From contig JBMOLG010000010.1 in assembly GCA_049324275.1 (NCBI GenBank), positions 70,266 through 134,265 on the forward strand: a stretch of 64,000 bases of DNA, written 5' to 3'. The stretch comes from Nanobdellota archaeon. GTDB taxonomy: Archaea > Nanobdellota > Nanobdellia > Pacearchaeales > GW2011-AR1. Within the stretch, counting starts at the first letter, position 1. The number at the start of each line of letters is the position of its first letter. Shown one piece after another: positions 27,119 through 37,035 of this stretch. The translations under genes were made by a program, and so were the position numbers. The notes beneath the pieces are model-generated. The model ran no database searches, was not told the origin of the DNA, and saw nothing but the letters and a program-made list of their open reading frames with translations.

Positions 27119-28345
27119 ATGAATCTTGGATCTGAAAAAGAACTTATTTTTGCTGATTTGCACATACATTCAAAATACAGTAGAGCAACATCAAAGGATC
27201 TGAATCTTGTTAACCTTGAAAAATGGGCGAAAATAAAAGGTTTGAATCTTTTGGGAACCGGTGATTTTACTCATCCAAAATGGCTTGGAGAGATTAAAAT
27301 TAATCTTAAAGAAAAAGATGGAATTTTATATTCGTCTAATAACTTTAAGTTTATTTTAACCGGGGAAATTAGTCTGATATACACAAAAGATAAGGGTAGA
27401 AGAGTGCATCTTGTGATATTTGTTCCTAATTTAGAAACTGCAGACAAAATTAACTTATATTTAGATAAAAAAGGCCGGAGAGATTATGATGGGCGTCCAA
27501 TATTTAAGATTTCATGCGAGGATTTTGTTAAAGATATGCATGAGATTTCTGATAAAGTTGAAATAATTCCTGCTCATGCTTGGACTCCTTGGTTCGGGAT
27601 CTTTGGAAGTGAATCAGGATTTGATTCCTTGGAAGAAGCTTTTGGCTCTCAATTAAATAAAATTCATGCAGTTGAAACAGGAATATCGTCTAATCCACAA
27701 ATGAATTTGCGGTTAAAAGAGCTGAAAGAAAAAACTATCGTAAGCTTTTCTGATTCTCATAGTTATTGGCCTTGGAGAATTGGCAGGGAAGCTACGATTT
27801 TTTATTCTGCTGATTCTTACGACGATATTCTCAAAGAATTAAGGGAAAATAAAATTTTTGGAACTATTGAAGTGAACCCTGCTTATGGAAAATATCACTA
27901 TGACGGCCATCGTTTATGCAATTTTTCATGCTCCCCTGAAGAATGCAACAAATTGAATAACATCTGCCCTGTCTGCAAGAATAAGTTATTATTAGGAGTT
28001 GAACATCGCGTTAATGATCTTGCAAATTTCCCTGAAAATTATATTTCGTCTAATCAAAAGAAATCATTTGAAATGTTGCCTTTGCATGAAATTTTAGCAA
28101 CTGCCTTAAATTCAGGAATCAATACAAAGAAAGTTTGGAATGTTTATTATAAGTTAATTGAAGCATTTGAAAATGAGTTTAATATTTTATTAAATGTCCA
28201 AAGAGAAAAACTGCTAAAATTTATTGACGCGAATACTGTTGATTTAATATTAAAAAATCGCGAAGGCAAAATAAGAGTCAAACCGGGATATGACGGCGTT
28301 TATGGCGAGATGATTGTCGAGGCGGACCAGAAGAAATTGTTCTGA
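27119..28345 (+). CDS. endoQ: Endonuclease Q (PHP-domain damaged-base endonuclease)
   Basis: ADLHIHSKYSRATS, GTGDFTHP, PAHAWTPWFG, SDSHS, GKYHYDGHR.C..CPVC, PGYDGVYG. Confidence 0.92.
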   Translation: MNLGSEKELIFADLHIHSKYSRATSKDLNLVNLEKWAKIKGLNLLGTGDFTHPKWLGEIKINLKEKDGILYSSNNFKFILTGEISLIYTKDKGRRVHLVIFVPNLETADKINLYLDKKGRRDYDGRPIFKISCEDFVKDMHEISDKVEIIPAHAWTPWFGIFGSESGFDSLEEAFGSQLNKIHAVETGISSNPQMNLRLKELKEKTIVSFSDSHSYWPWRIGREATIFYSADSYDDILKELRENKIFGTIEVNPAYGKYHYDGHRLCNFSCSPEECNKLNNICPVCKNKLLLGVEHRVNDLANFPENYISSNQKKSFEMLPLHEILATALNSGINTKKVWNVYYKLIEAFENEFNILLNVQREKLLKFIDANTVDLILKNREGKIRVKPGYDGVYGEMIVEADQKKLF

Positions 28346-28398
28346 ATTATAAGCTTTACAATAACTAAATTTATATAAGTTTTAATCTATTAATCTTA

Positions 28399-28737
28399 AT
28401 GGAAATTTTAAAATCAAAAGCAGTTAAAGCTCTTAGCTTATTCTCTCTAATCACTTTGCTGATCATGCTTTTTTCTAATGCTGTATTTTATGAAACTACA
28501 AAGAAAGGACAGCCTCAATATAGATTATCCTTGGATCAAATAAATCAATTAATCCCTGGCTCAATTCTAAATGATATTATTATAGACGCTCTAATTTTTC
28601 CAGGATACAAGTTTGCGACTTATAATCTACCTCAGATGCCTGAAGAAAAATTCAACTATAAACTAAATTCTGAAATACAATTTGGCAATTCTAATTGCCT
28701 TACGGATTTAATTTTGGAACATAGCAAAATTATCTAA
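28399..28737 (+). CDS. Hypothetical membrane protein
   Basis: 112 aa with N-terminal TM; TTTATAAG promoter upstream. Confidence 0.6.
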   Translation: MEILKSKAVKALSLFSLITLLIMLFSNAVFYETTKKGQPQYRLSLDQINQLIPGSILNDIIIDALIFPGYKFATYNLPQMPEEKFNYKLNSEIQFGNSNCLTDLILEHSKII

Positions 28738-28864
28738 CTTCTATTATAATTATTTAGCAATAATTTAAAAATTAACTTATGATCCTTAACAAATTAAAAG
28801 ATTCTGAATCCAAAACATTACTTTTTGAATTGACAAAACTTTGCGAAAATCTAAGGAGTTATGT

Positions 28865-28999
28865 TTAATTAATTTTATTTAAGTCAGCATCCCTCAAGCC
28901 TAAAAACTTGTAATGGGCATCTTTTGTCTCTTCTTTGCAAATTCGGCATTTTTCTGTTAAATTATATGATTTGCATTTTGGACATTTTTTTAAAATCAT
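28865..28999 (-). CDS. nop10: Nop10-like Zn-ribbon protein, 44 aa (not in ORF track)
   Basis: MILKKCPKCKSYNLTEKCRICKEETKDAHYKF...; ATGA-coupled behind aIF2-alpha, its usual position. Confidence 0.85.
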   Translation of the reverse strand: MILKKCPKCKSYNLTEKCRICKEETKDAHYKFLGLRDADLNKIN

Positions 29000-29700
29000 T
29001 TTTCCAACGCCTCAAATTCACAGGAATTTTGCTTTGCAGTTTTTTCTATTTTTTCAAGTATCATTTCCATTTTCCTATTTGCTTCCTTATAATTTTCATC
29101 CTTTATTGTAATCTGGAACTTTCCTGCACTTAAATAAATAATTTCAGCGTTTCCATTTTCTACAGATAAAATTTTTTTTATTCTCACTATGCCATTATCT
29201 TCTAAACATTTCAATTTCAAGATTTTCTTTGCTTCAATCTGTTTCTGCTTTTTCTGGGTTATTTTTTCAATTTGATCATAAAATTCAGTAGGAATATATT
29301 TTTGAATCAAACCTTTATTTTCTTTTGCCTTCAACATGAATTCAGATAATGATTGAAAGTCTTTCAATATTAGCCCTTCTATTTTTTCAGCTTTTTCCTT
29401 TAATATTTGATGAAATACTGATTTGGCAATCTGCTCTTGCTTGAACTTTTCCAAAATCTCCTTTTTTTCTTTTGATGTTACCCTTCTTAATGATAAATCT
29501 ATGTGTTCACCGATTGCCCTAAGAACCTTGCATACAATTTTTTTGTTTGGGATTACATAATCTCTTATATTTCTAATCCTGCCTGGCGCTATTTCACTTG
29601 TCATAATTGTTCCAGTTTCTCCCGATGGCAATCTTACAAATACTGACGTCCCTTCAATTTTTTCAACAGTACATAAAACTAAATCTCCTTCTTCTGCCAT
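28996..29700 (-). CDS. eif2a: Translation initiation factor aIF2 alpha
   Basis: S1 domain EGDLVLCTV..SEIAPGRIRNIRDYV..HIDLSLRRV; C-terminal YLSAGKFQI. Confidence 0.95.
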   Translation of the reverse strand: MAEEGDLVLCTVEKIEGTSVFVRLPSGETGTIMTSEIAPGRIRNIRDYVIPNKKIVCKVLRAIGEHIDLSLRRVTSKEKKEILEKFKQEQIAKSVFHQILKEKAEKIEGLILKDFQSLSEFMLKAKENKGLIQKYIPTEFYDQIEKITQKKQKQIEAKKILKLKCLEDNGIVRIKKILSVENGNAEIIYLSAGKFQITIKDENYKEANRKMEMILEKIEKTAKQNSCEFEALEK

Positions 29701-29786
29701 ATAATGTTTATTGATATTGAGTTTTTAAATTTTCTTTAATCTTAATGCAAAAGAAACCTTTAAAAATGCAAATTCTATGTAAAAAT

Positions 29787-29951
29787 ATGGAAAGCAAATT
29801 TGTAAAGGTGAAATGCGCTAAATGCAAAAATACTCAAGTCATATTCGGCAAGGCATCTACAAAGGTTAAATGCCTTGAATGCAATGGAATTTTATCCGAA
29901 CCTTCCGGCGGAAAGGCTAAAATAAGGGCAAGAGTAGAAGAAGTTTTGTAA
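29787..29951 (+). CDS. rps27e: Ribosomal protein eS27 (start revised to MESKF)
   Basis: SKFVKVKCAKCKNTQVIFGKASTKVKCLEC..L.EPSGGKAKI. Confidence 0.96.
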   Translation: MESKFVKVKCAKCKNTQVIFGKASTKVKCLECNGILSEPSGGKAKIRARVEEVL

Positions 29952-30024
29952 TCTTGTTTATTTGACAGGTAATTTTTTTGAACAAATTTTTTTAATATGT
30001 TCTAAACTATTATTTTTTTCTAAT

Positions 30025-31341
30025 TTAAACTTTTAAAACCTCGATTTCTAAATTTTTCTTCAAGGTATTAATAAATTCTCCTTCATCTTCTTTTTTTATT
30101 AAACATCCTGCTGCACTTTGATGGCCTCCAACCTCACACTTTAGATTTAATGTTGATTTTTCCAAAATCTCCTTTAAATTTCTCCCTGAACCTACTATTC
30201 TGGCAGAAACTTTAATTTTATCCTCGCTATACGCCATGCCGATTAGAACTGTCCCGTCTTCATAATAAGATGATGAAGACAAGATAGATGTGATTGTCCC
30301 GATAATTGTGTCTTTGATTTCATTTTTCGCATTGATTATTGCAAATCCACTTCCCTCAATTTTTTCAATTTTTTTTACGAGGTTCAATCCATTTAGAAGT
30401 TCCTGTCTATATCTTACATATATGTCCTGTGCATAATTCTCTGCTTTTTTGTCACCTAAACAAAAAGATATGGCAATATCACTGTAGCCCAAACGCGAAC
30501 ATGCGTTGATTAACACGCTCAATTCACGAACATCCTCTCTCCTATTGAAAAATTTTAATAAATAAATATTTCCGATTATCTCATCTTTCTCGCCATGCTT
30601 GGCTCTTCTTATCATCACTGCTGTGACAAGCCTTGACATTTCTTCTTCATTCAAATCATATAATGTTCTTTCTGGCGATATATTTATTTCCCTTAATAAT
30701 TCCAAGACTCCTGTTGAAGAGCCAGTAACCCCTGGGATATAAGTGGATGTTGAATATTCTAATGATTTTCTTAATGGCCTTGTTGCTGAAAATATCAATA
30801 ATCCTTTTTTGATCACAAGCTCTTTTGAATCATTTATAATCTGCTGATTTATTTTGGATAAATTTGATTCCAGCCTATCTCCTATCATTCCAATAATTGA
30901 TAAGTCTGCCAAATCAATGTTATCTGATGAAATTGCCTTTGCGAATAAATAAGCTAACCCTGCACCACATATTTCTTCTTCATTAAATAAGTGAGGATTT
31001 ATTATTTTTATATTAGCATTCAATTTTGCCGAATCAATTTCATGATGGTCCAAGATAAATATTGGGTTTCTTAATTTCTGAAAATAATCTAGATTTCCTG
31101 AAGCTAAATCTATAAATAAAATTATTTCTCTTTCAACTCTTTCTAATTCTTTAGCTATTATGTTTTCTTCAAGCCCTTTTACAATTTTTAATGAAAATTT
31201 TTTATCAAGGCGCTTTAAAGCTTTTGAAACAATCGCTGCGGAAGTAATACCATCTGTATCATAATGACTGATTATGCGAATTGTTTTTCCGTCTGATATT
31301 TCTAAGAATTCTCTTGCCAGACTATTTATTGAATTTAACAT
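30025..31341 (-). CDS. DHH/DHHA1 phosphoesterase (RecJ/Cdc45-like)
   Basis: SHYDTDGITS, ILDHH, NPH, GMIGD, VGGHQSAAG; downstream of rps15 as usual. Confidence 0.92.
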   Translation of the reverse strand: MLNSINSLAREFLEISDGKTIRIISHYDTDGITSAAIVSKALKRLDKKFSLKIVKGLEENIIAKELERVEREIILFIDLASGNLDYFQKLRNPIFILDHHEIDSAKLNANIKIINPHLFNEEEICGAGLAYLFAKAISSDNIDLADLSIIGMIGDRLESNLSKINQQIINDSKELVIKKGLLIFSATRPLRKSLEYSTSTYIPGVTGSSTGVLELLREINISPERTLYDLNEEEMSRLVTAVMIRRAKHGEKDEIIGNIYLLKFFNRREDVRELSVLINACSRLGYSDIAISFCLGDKKAENYAQDIYVRYRQELLNGLNLVKKIEKIEGSGFAIINAKNEIKDTIIGTITSILSSSSYYEDGTVLIGMAYSEDKIKVSARIVGSGRNLKEILEKSTLNLKCEVGGHQSAAGCLIKKEDEGEFINTLKKNLEIEVLKV

Positions 31342-31371
31342 TTCACCTCTTAATTTTAAAATTTATACTAA

Positions 31372-31791
31372 CTAGGACTTCTGCTTTCTTTTTTTCTTGC
31401 TTGTTTGTGAATATTTTTTGATTAATTTTTCTTTTTTTATTATTCCGTGATATTTTCTAAGTGTATTTAATTTTGATTGGGCTTTTTGAAGCTTATGTTT
31501 TGTTCTTCTATCTGTTACATTGGTTTTAAGATGTTCCTGCATCTTTTCCACCTTTTTTTCAGCATTCTTCAATTCTGTTCTTGATTCTATTCCCAGCTCT
31601 TTCAAATAAACGGTTAGTTTTTTCCCAAAAACTTTTGTTGTTGGAATTCCATATTGGTCTCTCAGAATTAAGCCTATTTGAGGAGCTTCATATTTTTGAC
31701 TTAAATCCTTGATTATGTTTTTCAATTCGCTTTCATTCATCTTTAACCATACCGGTTTTTCCAATTTTGCCTGAGCTTGTAATTTTGCCAT
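31372..31791 (-). CDS. rps15: Ribosomal protein uS15 (S13e/S15p), shortened
   Basis: KPVWLKM..EL..IGLILRDQYGIPTTK..GKKL..HL..N..D. Confidence 0.92.
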   Translation of the reverse strand: MAKLQAQAKLEKPVWLKMNESELKNIIKDLSQKYEAPQIGLILRDQYGIPTTKVFGKKLTVYLKELGIESRTELKNAEKKVEKMQEHLKTNVTDRRTKHKLQKAQSKLNTLRKYHGIIKKEKLIKKYSQTSKKKRKQKS

Positions 31792-31874
31792 TTTTATAAA
31801 TTGTGACTGTGGTTTTTAAAGTTTATCTTTATGACTTTATAGGATGTCTCTGTTTAAATATATCTTCTATAAAA

Positions 31875-32351
31875 CTATTTTAGGTTATCAAGAATTCGCT
31901 TGGGATTGCACGAGATCATAGCCCATTCCTTTATTTCTTCAAATCCTATTTTTGTATACCATTCTAAAGGATACTTATCCCTTGGGGTAAACGCTTCTAA
32001 TCTGATCACCTTATATTTTTTGATTGCTTGTTGAAGAGAAAATCTTAACAGTTTAGTTCCTATTCCTATCTTTTGATAATCAGGATGGATAAAAAATTCT
32101 GCATCTGATAAATGATTTCCATCCCACCATGGCTTTACACAAGTGCAAAATGCCCCCATAATTTTCCCATCAAGTTCACATAAAAAACATAAATCAGGCT
32201 GTTTTTTAATCCAATATTCAAGCATGGGATATGCAGTTTCCTTAGTCCATTTTTCACCAATATCAAACACTTCATAAACTTCCGTATAGATTTGGGCCAA
32301 TGTATCTAAATCGTCTTTCTTAATCTGGCGGATTTTTAATTTGTCTTTCAT
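31875..32351 (-). CDS. GNAT acetyltransferase (AAC(6')-like)
   Basis: KPWWDGNHL..EFFIHPDYQKIGIGTKLL, WYTKIGF. Confidence 0.9.
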   Translation of the reverse strand: MKDKLKIRQIKKDDLDTLAQIYTEVYEVFDIGEKWTKETAYPMLEYWIKKQPDLCFLCELDGKIMGAFCTCVKPWWDGNHLSDAEFFIHPDYQKIGIGTKLLRFSLQQAIKKYKVIRLEAFTPRDKYPLEWYTKIGFEEIKEWAMISCNPKRILDNLK

Positions 32352-32439
32352 CTTAATTTGCTAATATAAGAACTTAAAATCTGCAATTTTAAGTGATTCG
32401 AGCCGATTTAAATCCCATCTATAGCGCTACTTACGATTA

Positions 32440-32552
32440 TAGCCCTGCCCGGATTCGAACCGGGGCCACAGCCTTTCTCTCGAGAATAATGGGGCCATTT
32501 ACGCCCGTACTCAACCAAAGGGCTGTATCCTTGACCACTAGACTACAGGGCT
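32440..32552 (-). tRNA. tRNA-Gln(TTG) with 40-nt intron at 37/38 (32475-32514)
   Basis: AGCCCTG/CAGGGCT acceptor, CAGCC-CTTTGG|A-GGCTG, GGTTCGAATCC; BHB helix CTTT:AGAG. Confidence 0.95.
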
Positions 32553-32652
32553 ATGTAAAAGAACTAACCTGCATTATTTATAAGGATTTTGATTAATTTT
32601 ATTGTGCTTATTTCTTCACAATATTTAAATATAGAATTATTTAGATAAATTA

Positions 32653-33552
32653 ATGAGTCTTAATAGTTTTAAAGATAAAAGAATTATTATTACTGGTTGT
32701 GGATTTAAGCCAATAAAACATATCTTTAAAGATTTAGTGACTGGAAAACCAACTCATACAGAACTTATTGTCAATAAAGAAAAATGTAAACTGAATGTAG
32801 GATCTGCCATAGCATATTCATTATTAGAAGTAGGGGCAACCGTTCATATGATTTCAAGATCAAAGGAAAATTTGGAACAGTTAGCCAATGCTTTTTGCAA
32901 TAAATTAAATTGTAATGAGAATTTGATTGAATATTCTGCAGTAGATGTGTTGGATGAGGAGCAAGTAAAAAATTTTGTCAAAAATTTGAAAAAAGATAAA
33001 GACATTTATTGGGTACAGTCTATAGGGCTCGGTGCAGGGAGTTATAAAATAAAAGGAGATAATCCTTATCTACCATTAGAAGAGATTGATATAGGACTTA
33101 TTGAAGCTGAATCTAAAATTGTCTTAAGAGGAACTCATCTGTTTATGCAACAAATCTTACCTCTTTTAAAAAAACAAAAAGAATCGAGAATAGTTATTAT
33201 TAGCTCATTAAGTGCAACAAGGGGCTATGACTTAGGTGGAACACATTGCGCTGCAAAGGGAGCAATAGATAGGTATGCTAATTCAGCCATGTTAGGGTTA
33301 GTTAAACATAACATTTTTTTAACTACCGTTAGGCCCGGAATTATTGATACTGGCTTTTATGATTCCGAAGATGTTATCAAAGCTGTTAAACATGTTGGAA
33401 AAGAATATGGATGGGAGTATCAAAAAGATAACATTCCTTTAGCTTCTCCTAGTGCTGTTGGCAATCTTGTCCGAGAAATTTTATCTTCAAATGCTCATAT
33501 AACTTCTGTAAATTTAGTTGCTCAAAAACAATTTCCTAATGAGGCATCCTAA
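32653..33552 (+). CDS. Atypical short-chain dehydrogenase/reductase
   Basis: IIITG..(insert)..VGSAIA, IVIISSLSA, HCAAK in place of YxxxK, VRPGIIDT. Confidence 0.85.
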   Translation: MSLNSFKDKRIIITGCGFKPIKHIFKDLVTGKPTHTELIVNKEKCKLNVGSAIAYSLLEVGATVHMISRSKENLEQLANAFCNKLNCNENLIEYSAVDVLDEEQVKNFVKNLKKDKDIYWVQSIGLGAGSYKIKGDNPYLPLEEIDIGLIEAESKIVLRGTHLFMQQILPLLKKQKESRIVIISSLSATRGYDLGGTHCAAKGAIDRYANSAMLGLVKHNIFLTTVRPGIIDTGFYDSEDVIKAVKHVGKEYGWEYQKDNIPLASPSAVGNLVREILSSNAHITSVNLVAQKQFPNEAS

Positions 33553-33559
33553 TCTTTAA

Positions 33560-34195
33560 TTATTTCTTCAGCTTTCTAAACTCCAAATAAGAATAAACTA
33601 CTGAAATAATTGAAAACAAAATTATTGGAATAATTATTAAAAATATGGCATATCTTGGAATGAAAATCGATAAAATAGCGATAATTCCTGATAATTTGAA
33701 AAACATTGCGCCAAGCTTATTTGTTTTTTCCCATACTTTATCGTTGCTTAATGACCACGGCGTTCTTATTCCTACGAAAAAATTTCTTTTTGCATTTTCA
33801 CAGAGGATTCCTACATAGAAAAATAAAATTCCTATTCCTATTGAGATAAAAATAATTGGATTTATTTTTGTCCCAAGATTCCACAGCAACGTTTGAATCT
33901 GAATTGCTAACATGAAAATTAAAAATAAGATTATAAAAGTATCATACTCTTTTTTAAATCCCTTGAAATCTTTTTGAAGCGGATCAATTTTCGGCAAGAT
34001 AATAAAAAGAATACTTATTGCCAGAATTATTAATGGAAGCATAAATACGCCCCAGAATCTGGACATATATCCGTTAACCTGGCCCTGGGCATCCCAATGC
34101 GATGCTATTATCAATGGAACTTTTGGATAAAAATAAGCGCTGATTGCAAAAGATAAAATAATTAATGATACAATCACATAATTTATTTTTTTCAT
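33560..34195 (-). CDS. SdpI/DUF1648-family membrane protein (start revised to MKKINY)
   Basis: IASHWDAQGQVNG, NFFVGIRTPWSLSNDKVWEKTN. Confidence 0.92.
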   Translation of the reverse strand: MKKINYVIVSLIILSFAISAYFYPKVPLIIASHWDAQGQVNGYMSRFWGVFMLPLIILAISILFIILPKIDPLQKDFKGFKKEYDTFIILFLIFMLAIQIQTLLWNLGTKINPIIFISIGIGILFFYVGILCENAKRNFFVGIRTPWSLSNDKVWEKTNKLGAMFFKLSGIIAILSIFIPRYAIFLIIIPIILFSIISVVYSYLEFRKLKK

Positions 34196-34226
34196 TTGAA
34201 ATTTTAAGATATTTGGCTTTTTAATC

Positions 34227-34958
34227 TTAATGTTTTGAGATCTTCCATAAATGTTCAAAATAAGTTTTGAATTCTTCTGCTAAAATTTTGTTTTTTATTT
34301 CAATAGCATAAGGCTGGTCAGTTGTATAAAGAAATGCGATATATTCGCCATAAATTATTGTGGCTACTTTTGATGGCAGATCCAAAAATCTATTTTCTCC
34401 AAGTAAAGTATATATTTCTATTATTTTGTCTTCTTTAAATTTTGGATTCCATATTCCCCGATAATCAATTTTAAATTTTTTGGATTCTTTTATTAAACTT
34501 TCAATAAACAAATTTGAACTTAAATTTGAAGCATAAGTATTGCCGAGGATATAACAAAACTTTATTTTCTTTTCTCTTGCTAAACCATAAAGGGTAAAAT
34601 TGAATTGTTTCTGTCCATCCGGCCCTTTTAATAATTTAAGTTTATTGTCCTGTTCTTTTTCAAGTTCCCTAATTAAAGGAACAAGATTTATTAGAATATT
34701 CTCTTTATCTTTTAATTGTGAGATTACTTTATCAATTTCATTTGCATAATAAAACATTACACTATCTTTTTTTAATTGGCTGATAAATCCTTTTGCAATT
34801 AATCTTTCTAAAATATCATAACAAGTCGAGCGGTGTATATTTGTTTCTTTGGCAACCTTATATGCAGTATTTTCCTGATTCAATAAATATGTATAAATCT
34901 TGATTTCATTTTCATTGAGCCCGTATTCTTTTAACAGAACGGAAATTTTATTCTCCAT
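34227..34958 (-). CDS. TrmB-family transcriptional regulator
   Basis: LKEYGLNENEIKIY..IHRSTCYDILERLIAKGFI; IIYGEYIAF..F.HLW. Confidence 0.9.
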   Translation of the reverse strand: MENKISVLLKEYGLNENEIKIYTYLLNQENTAYKVAKETNIHRSTCYDILERLIAKGFISQLKKDSVMFYYANEIDKVISQLKDKENILINLVPLIRELEKEQDNKLKLLKGPDGQKQFNFTLYGLAREKKIKFCYILGNTYASNLSSNLFIESLIKESKKFKIDYRGIWNPKFKEDKIIEIYTLLGENRFLDLPSKVATIIYGEYIAFLYTTDQPYAIEIKNKILAEEFKTYFEHLWKISKH

Positions 34959-34997
34959 TTATTCTGGAAATATTTTCATTTAATAAACTTTTTCATT

Positions 34998-35015
34998 AGT
35001 CGATTTTTTTCGACT
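34998..35015. promoter_or_regulatory. Palindromic operator candidate AGTCGA-N6-TCGACT
   Basis: Perfect 6-N6-6 palindrome in the TrmB/GNAT divergent intergenic region. Confidence 0.65.
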
Positions 35016-35051
35016 GCTTTTTCTTTTAAATTTTAATATCACTATTTCATC

Positions 35052-35699
35052 ATGATAAACATCGTAAAGTTAGGAAAAGGCGACTTAGAAAAAATATTTA
35101 ATGTTGAAAGAAAAGCGTTCATTCCGTTAATTCAAGCTTCTAAAGAAAAAATCTGCAAACGCTTTAATTGCGGACATGTTTATCTTGGGGCAAACATTGA
35201 TAATCTTATAGTTGGCACATTAGCATTTAGATATGGAACTTTTTCTCCTGATGATTATTCTAACTTTCCCAATACATTTGATAAATTTGCAAATCAGCTT
35301 AATAGTAAAAATTCAAATTCAATCTTTGTTTATAGTCTAGGCATTATTCCGGATTATCGCGGAGGAAAGTTAACAAAGGAATTAATAAATTGTGTAGAGA
35401 ATTATGCTAAAAAAGAAAATTTAAATTACATTGTTGGTGATGGGAGATGCCCTTCTTATAATGGAAGCACAATTTTTGAACAGGAAAACATTCGGCAAAA
35501 TTTAGAATTTAAACGGACTATTGATGATTATATGGCAGGCGGAAGAATTCCGGTTACAAAAGATTTGTTGAAAGACAGCACATTGGCGTTTTATCATAAA
35601 TTGATCGGTCTTGATTTTTTATGGATTATGCAAAACTTTATTCCCGAAGACAAGCCAGCAGGAGGGTATAGGGTAATCCTTTACAAGCAATTAAAATGA
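35052..35699 (+). CDS. GNAT-family acetyltransferase
   Basis: FVYSLGIIPDYRGGKLTKELI acetyl-CoA motif; GDGRCPSY. Confidence 0.85.
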   Translation: MINIVKLGKGDLEKIFNVERKAFIPLIQASKEKICKRFNCGHVYLGANIDNLIVGTLAFRYGTFSPDDYSNFPNTFDKFANQLNSKNSNSIFVYSLGIIPDYRGGKLTKELINCVENYAKKENLNYIVGDGRCPSYNGSTIFEQENIRQNLEFKRTIDDYMAGGRIPVTKDLLKDSTLAFYHKLIGLDFLWIMQNFIPEDKPAGGYRVILYKQLK

Positions 35700-36418
35700 T
35701 TTCATTATCACAAGAATGGGCGATATTGTCTAAAGTCAATTATGGGCAGGAGTTTATTGATGAATTGTATAATTTTTTAATTAAATATAATGTCGAGAGA
35801 ATTTTGGAATGTGGATGCGGTGATGGACACATTTTGCATGGTCTTGCATTAAAGGGGATTTGCGGAATTGGCATTGATGCTGATAGAGAGATGATTAATA
35901 TGGCAGCTCAAAATAATTTTCATAAAAATATTGAATATAAACTGATGAATTGGAAAGATTTGAACAAAATCAAAGAAAAATTTGATGCTGTTTTGTGCAG
36001 AGGAAACAGTCTTTCTATAATTGATTGGGGATATGGAAAAGAAATTGATTCAAAAATTGCTAGAGAGAATATTGTTAAAGGAATTGAGTCCATGTTGAGT
36101 AAAATTAAGCCGAATGGTTTGTTTTATCTTGATTCGACTTCACAGAGAGAAATAGATAAAGGGAATCAAACACTTGTGCTTGACTATCCTAACCTTTTTA
36201 TTAATGGAAAGATTGAATATGATTGGGGTAAAAGAACTCGGAGAACTTATGGGATTGGAACTGTTAATGGAGAAAGTTTTGAAGGAAGTTCTGTTTCTTA
36301 TTTGATTACGCCTAAAGAGATAGAAGATATTTTGAAATCTTTCAATTTGAAAAAAGTTTTTTATCCGAAGATTGAAAATGAAAAAAATTATGATGTGATT
36401 TGCGGAATGAATAATTAA
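35696..36418 (+). CDS. Class I SAM methyltransferase (glycine/sarcosine N-MTase-like)
   Basis: ILECGCGDG, GIDADREMI, FDAVLCRGNSL; ATGA-coupled to the GNAT. Confidence 0.88.
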   Translation: MISLSQEWAILSKVNYGQEFIDELYNFLIKYNVERILECGCGDGHILHGLALKGICGIGIDADREMINMAAQNNFHKNIEYKLMNWKDLNKIKEKFDAVLCRGNSLSIIDWGYGKEIDSKIARENIVKGIESMLSKIKPNGLFYLDSTSQREIDKGNQTLVLDYPNLFINGKIEYDWGKRTRRTYGIGTVNGESFEGSSVSYLITPKEIEDILKSFNLKKVFYPKIENEKNYDVICGMNN

Positions 36419-37005
36419 TGTTTATATCTTCCTCTTGCCTCAACTTTTTTCAATCTTTCAATCACCTCTTTATGCTTGTAGCTTGCTAAGAAACTTTTGA
36501 AAAGCTCCTCATGATTTTGAAAGTGCTTTGCTTCCAACGCTTGTTTAATCAGATGAAGATCTACTGCTTTGTCTTCAATCCTCTGCGAGATGAATCCAAG
36601 CCCAAAATCAATAATATAAATTTTATTTTCCTTTAGAATCATATTTGAAGTAGTTAGGTCTCCGTGGATAATGTTATTGCCATGCAATTTTGAAACTTGT
36701 TCAGCGATCATTTTCATTATTAATTCTTGTTTCTTTATCGGATAATTATTTAATGAATCTGATAACTTTTCGCCTTCGATGAATTCCATTGTTATTGTGA
36801 AATTATCCTGGTTGAAAATATGGGGAGCATTAATTATTTTTACAGCTTTTTCAAGAATATTTGATTCTTTTTTCGTTCTGGATTTTCTTAATCTTTCATC
36901 AAGCTGTTCAAGCCGATATGATTTTTTTATTCTTTGTTTTATTATTTTATCTTCTTGCTTTATGATTATTGCTTCTGCTCCTCTTGCTATAATGTTTTGT
37001 CTCAT
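36415..37005 (-). CDS. bud32: KEOPS kinase Bud32 (stand-alone)
   Basis: RGAEA, KQRIKKSYR..LD..LRKSRT..E, HGDLTTSN, IDFGLG, EDKAVDL, RGRY. Confidence 0.95.
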   Translation of the reverse strand: MRQNIIARGAEAIIIKQEDKIIKQRIKKSYRLEQLDERLRKSRTKKESNILEKAVKIINAPHIFNQDNFTITMEFIEGEKLSDSLNNYPIKKQELIMKMIAEQVSKLHGNNIIHGDLTTSNMILKENKIYIIDFGLGFISQRIEDKAVDLHLIKQALEAKHFQNHEELFKSFLASYKHKEVIERLKKVEARGRYKH

Positions 37006-37035
37006 CTGAATTTGAGATATACGAATTTTATAAAG

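Noticed and set aside
32393-32596. 67-aa ORF-track call
   Set aside because: Antisense shadow of tRNA-Gln; GTG start and no protein features
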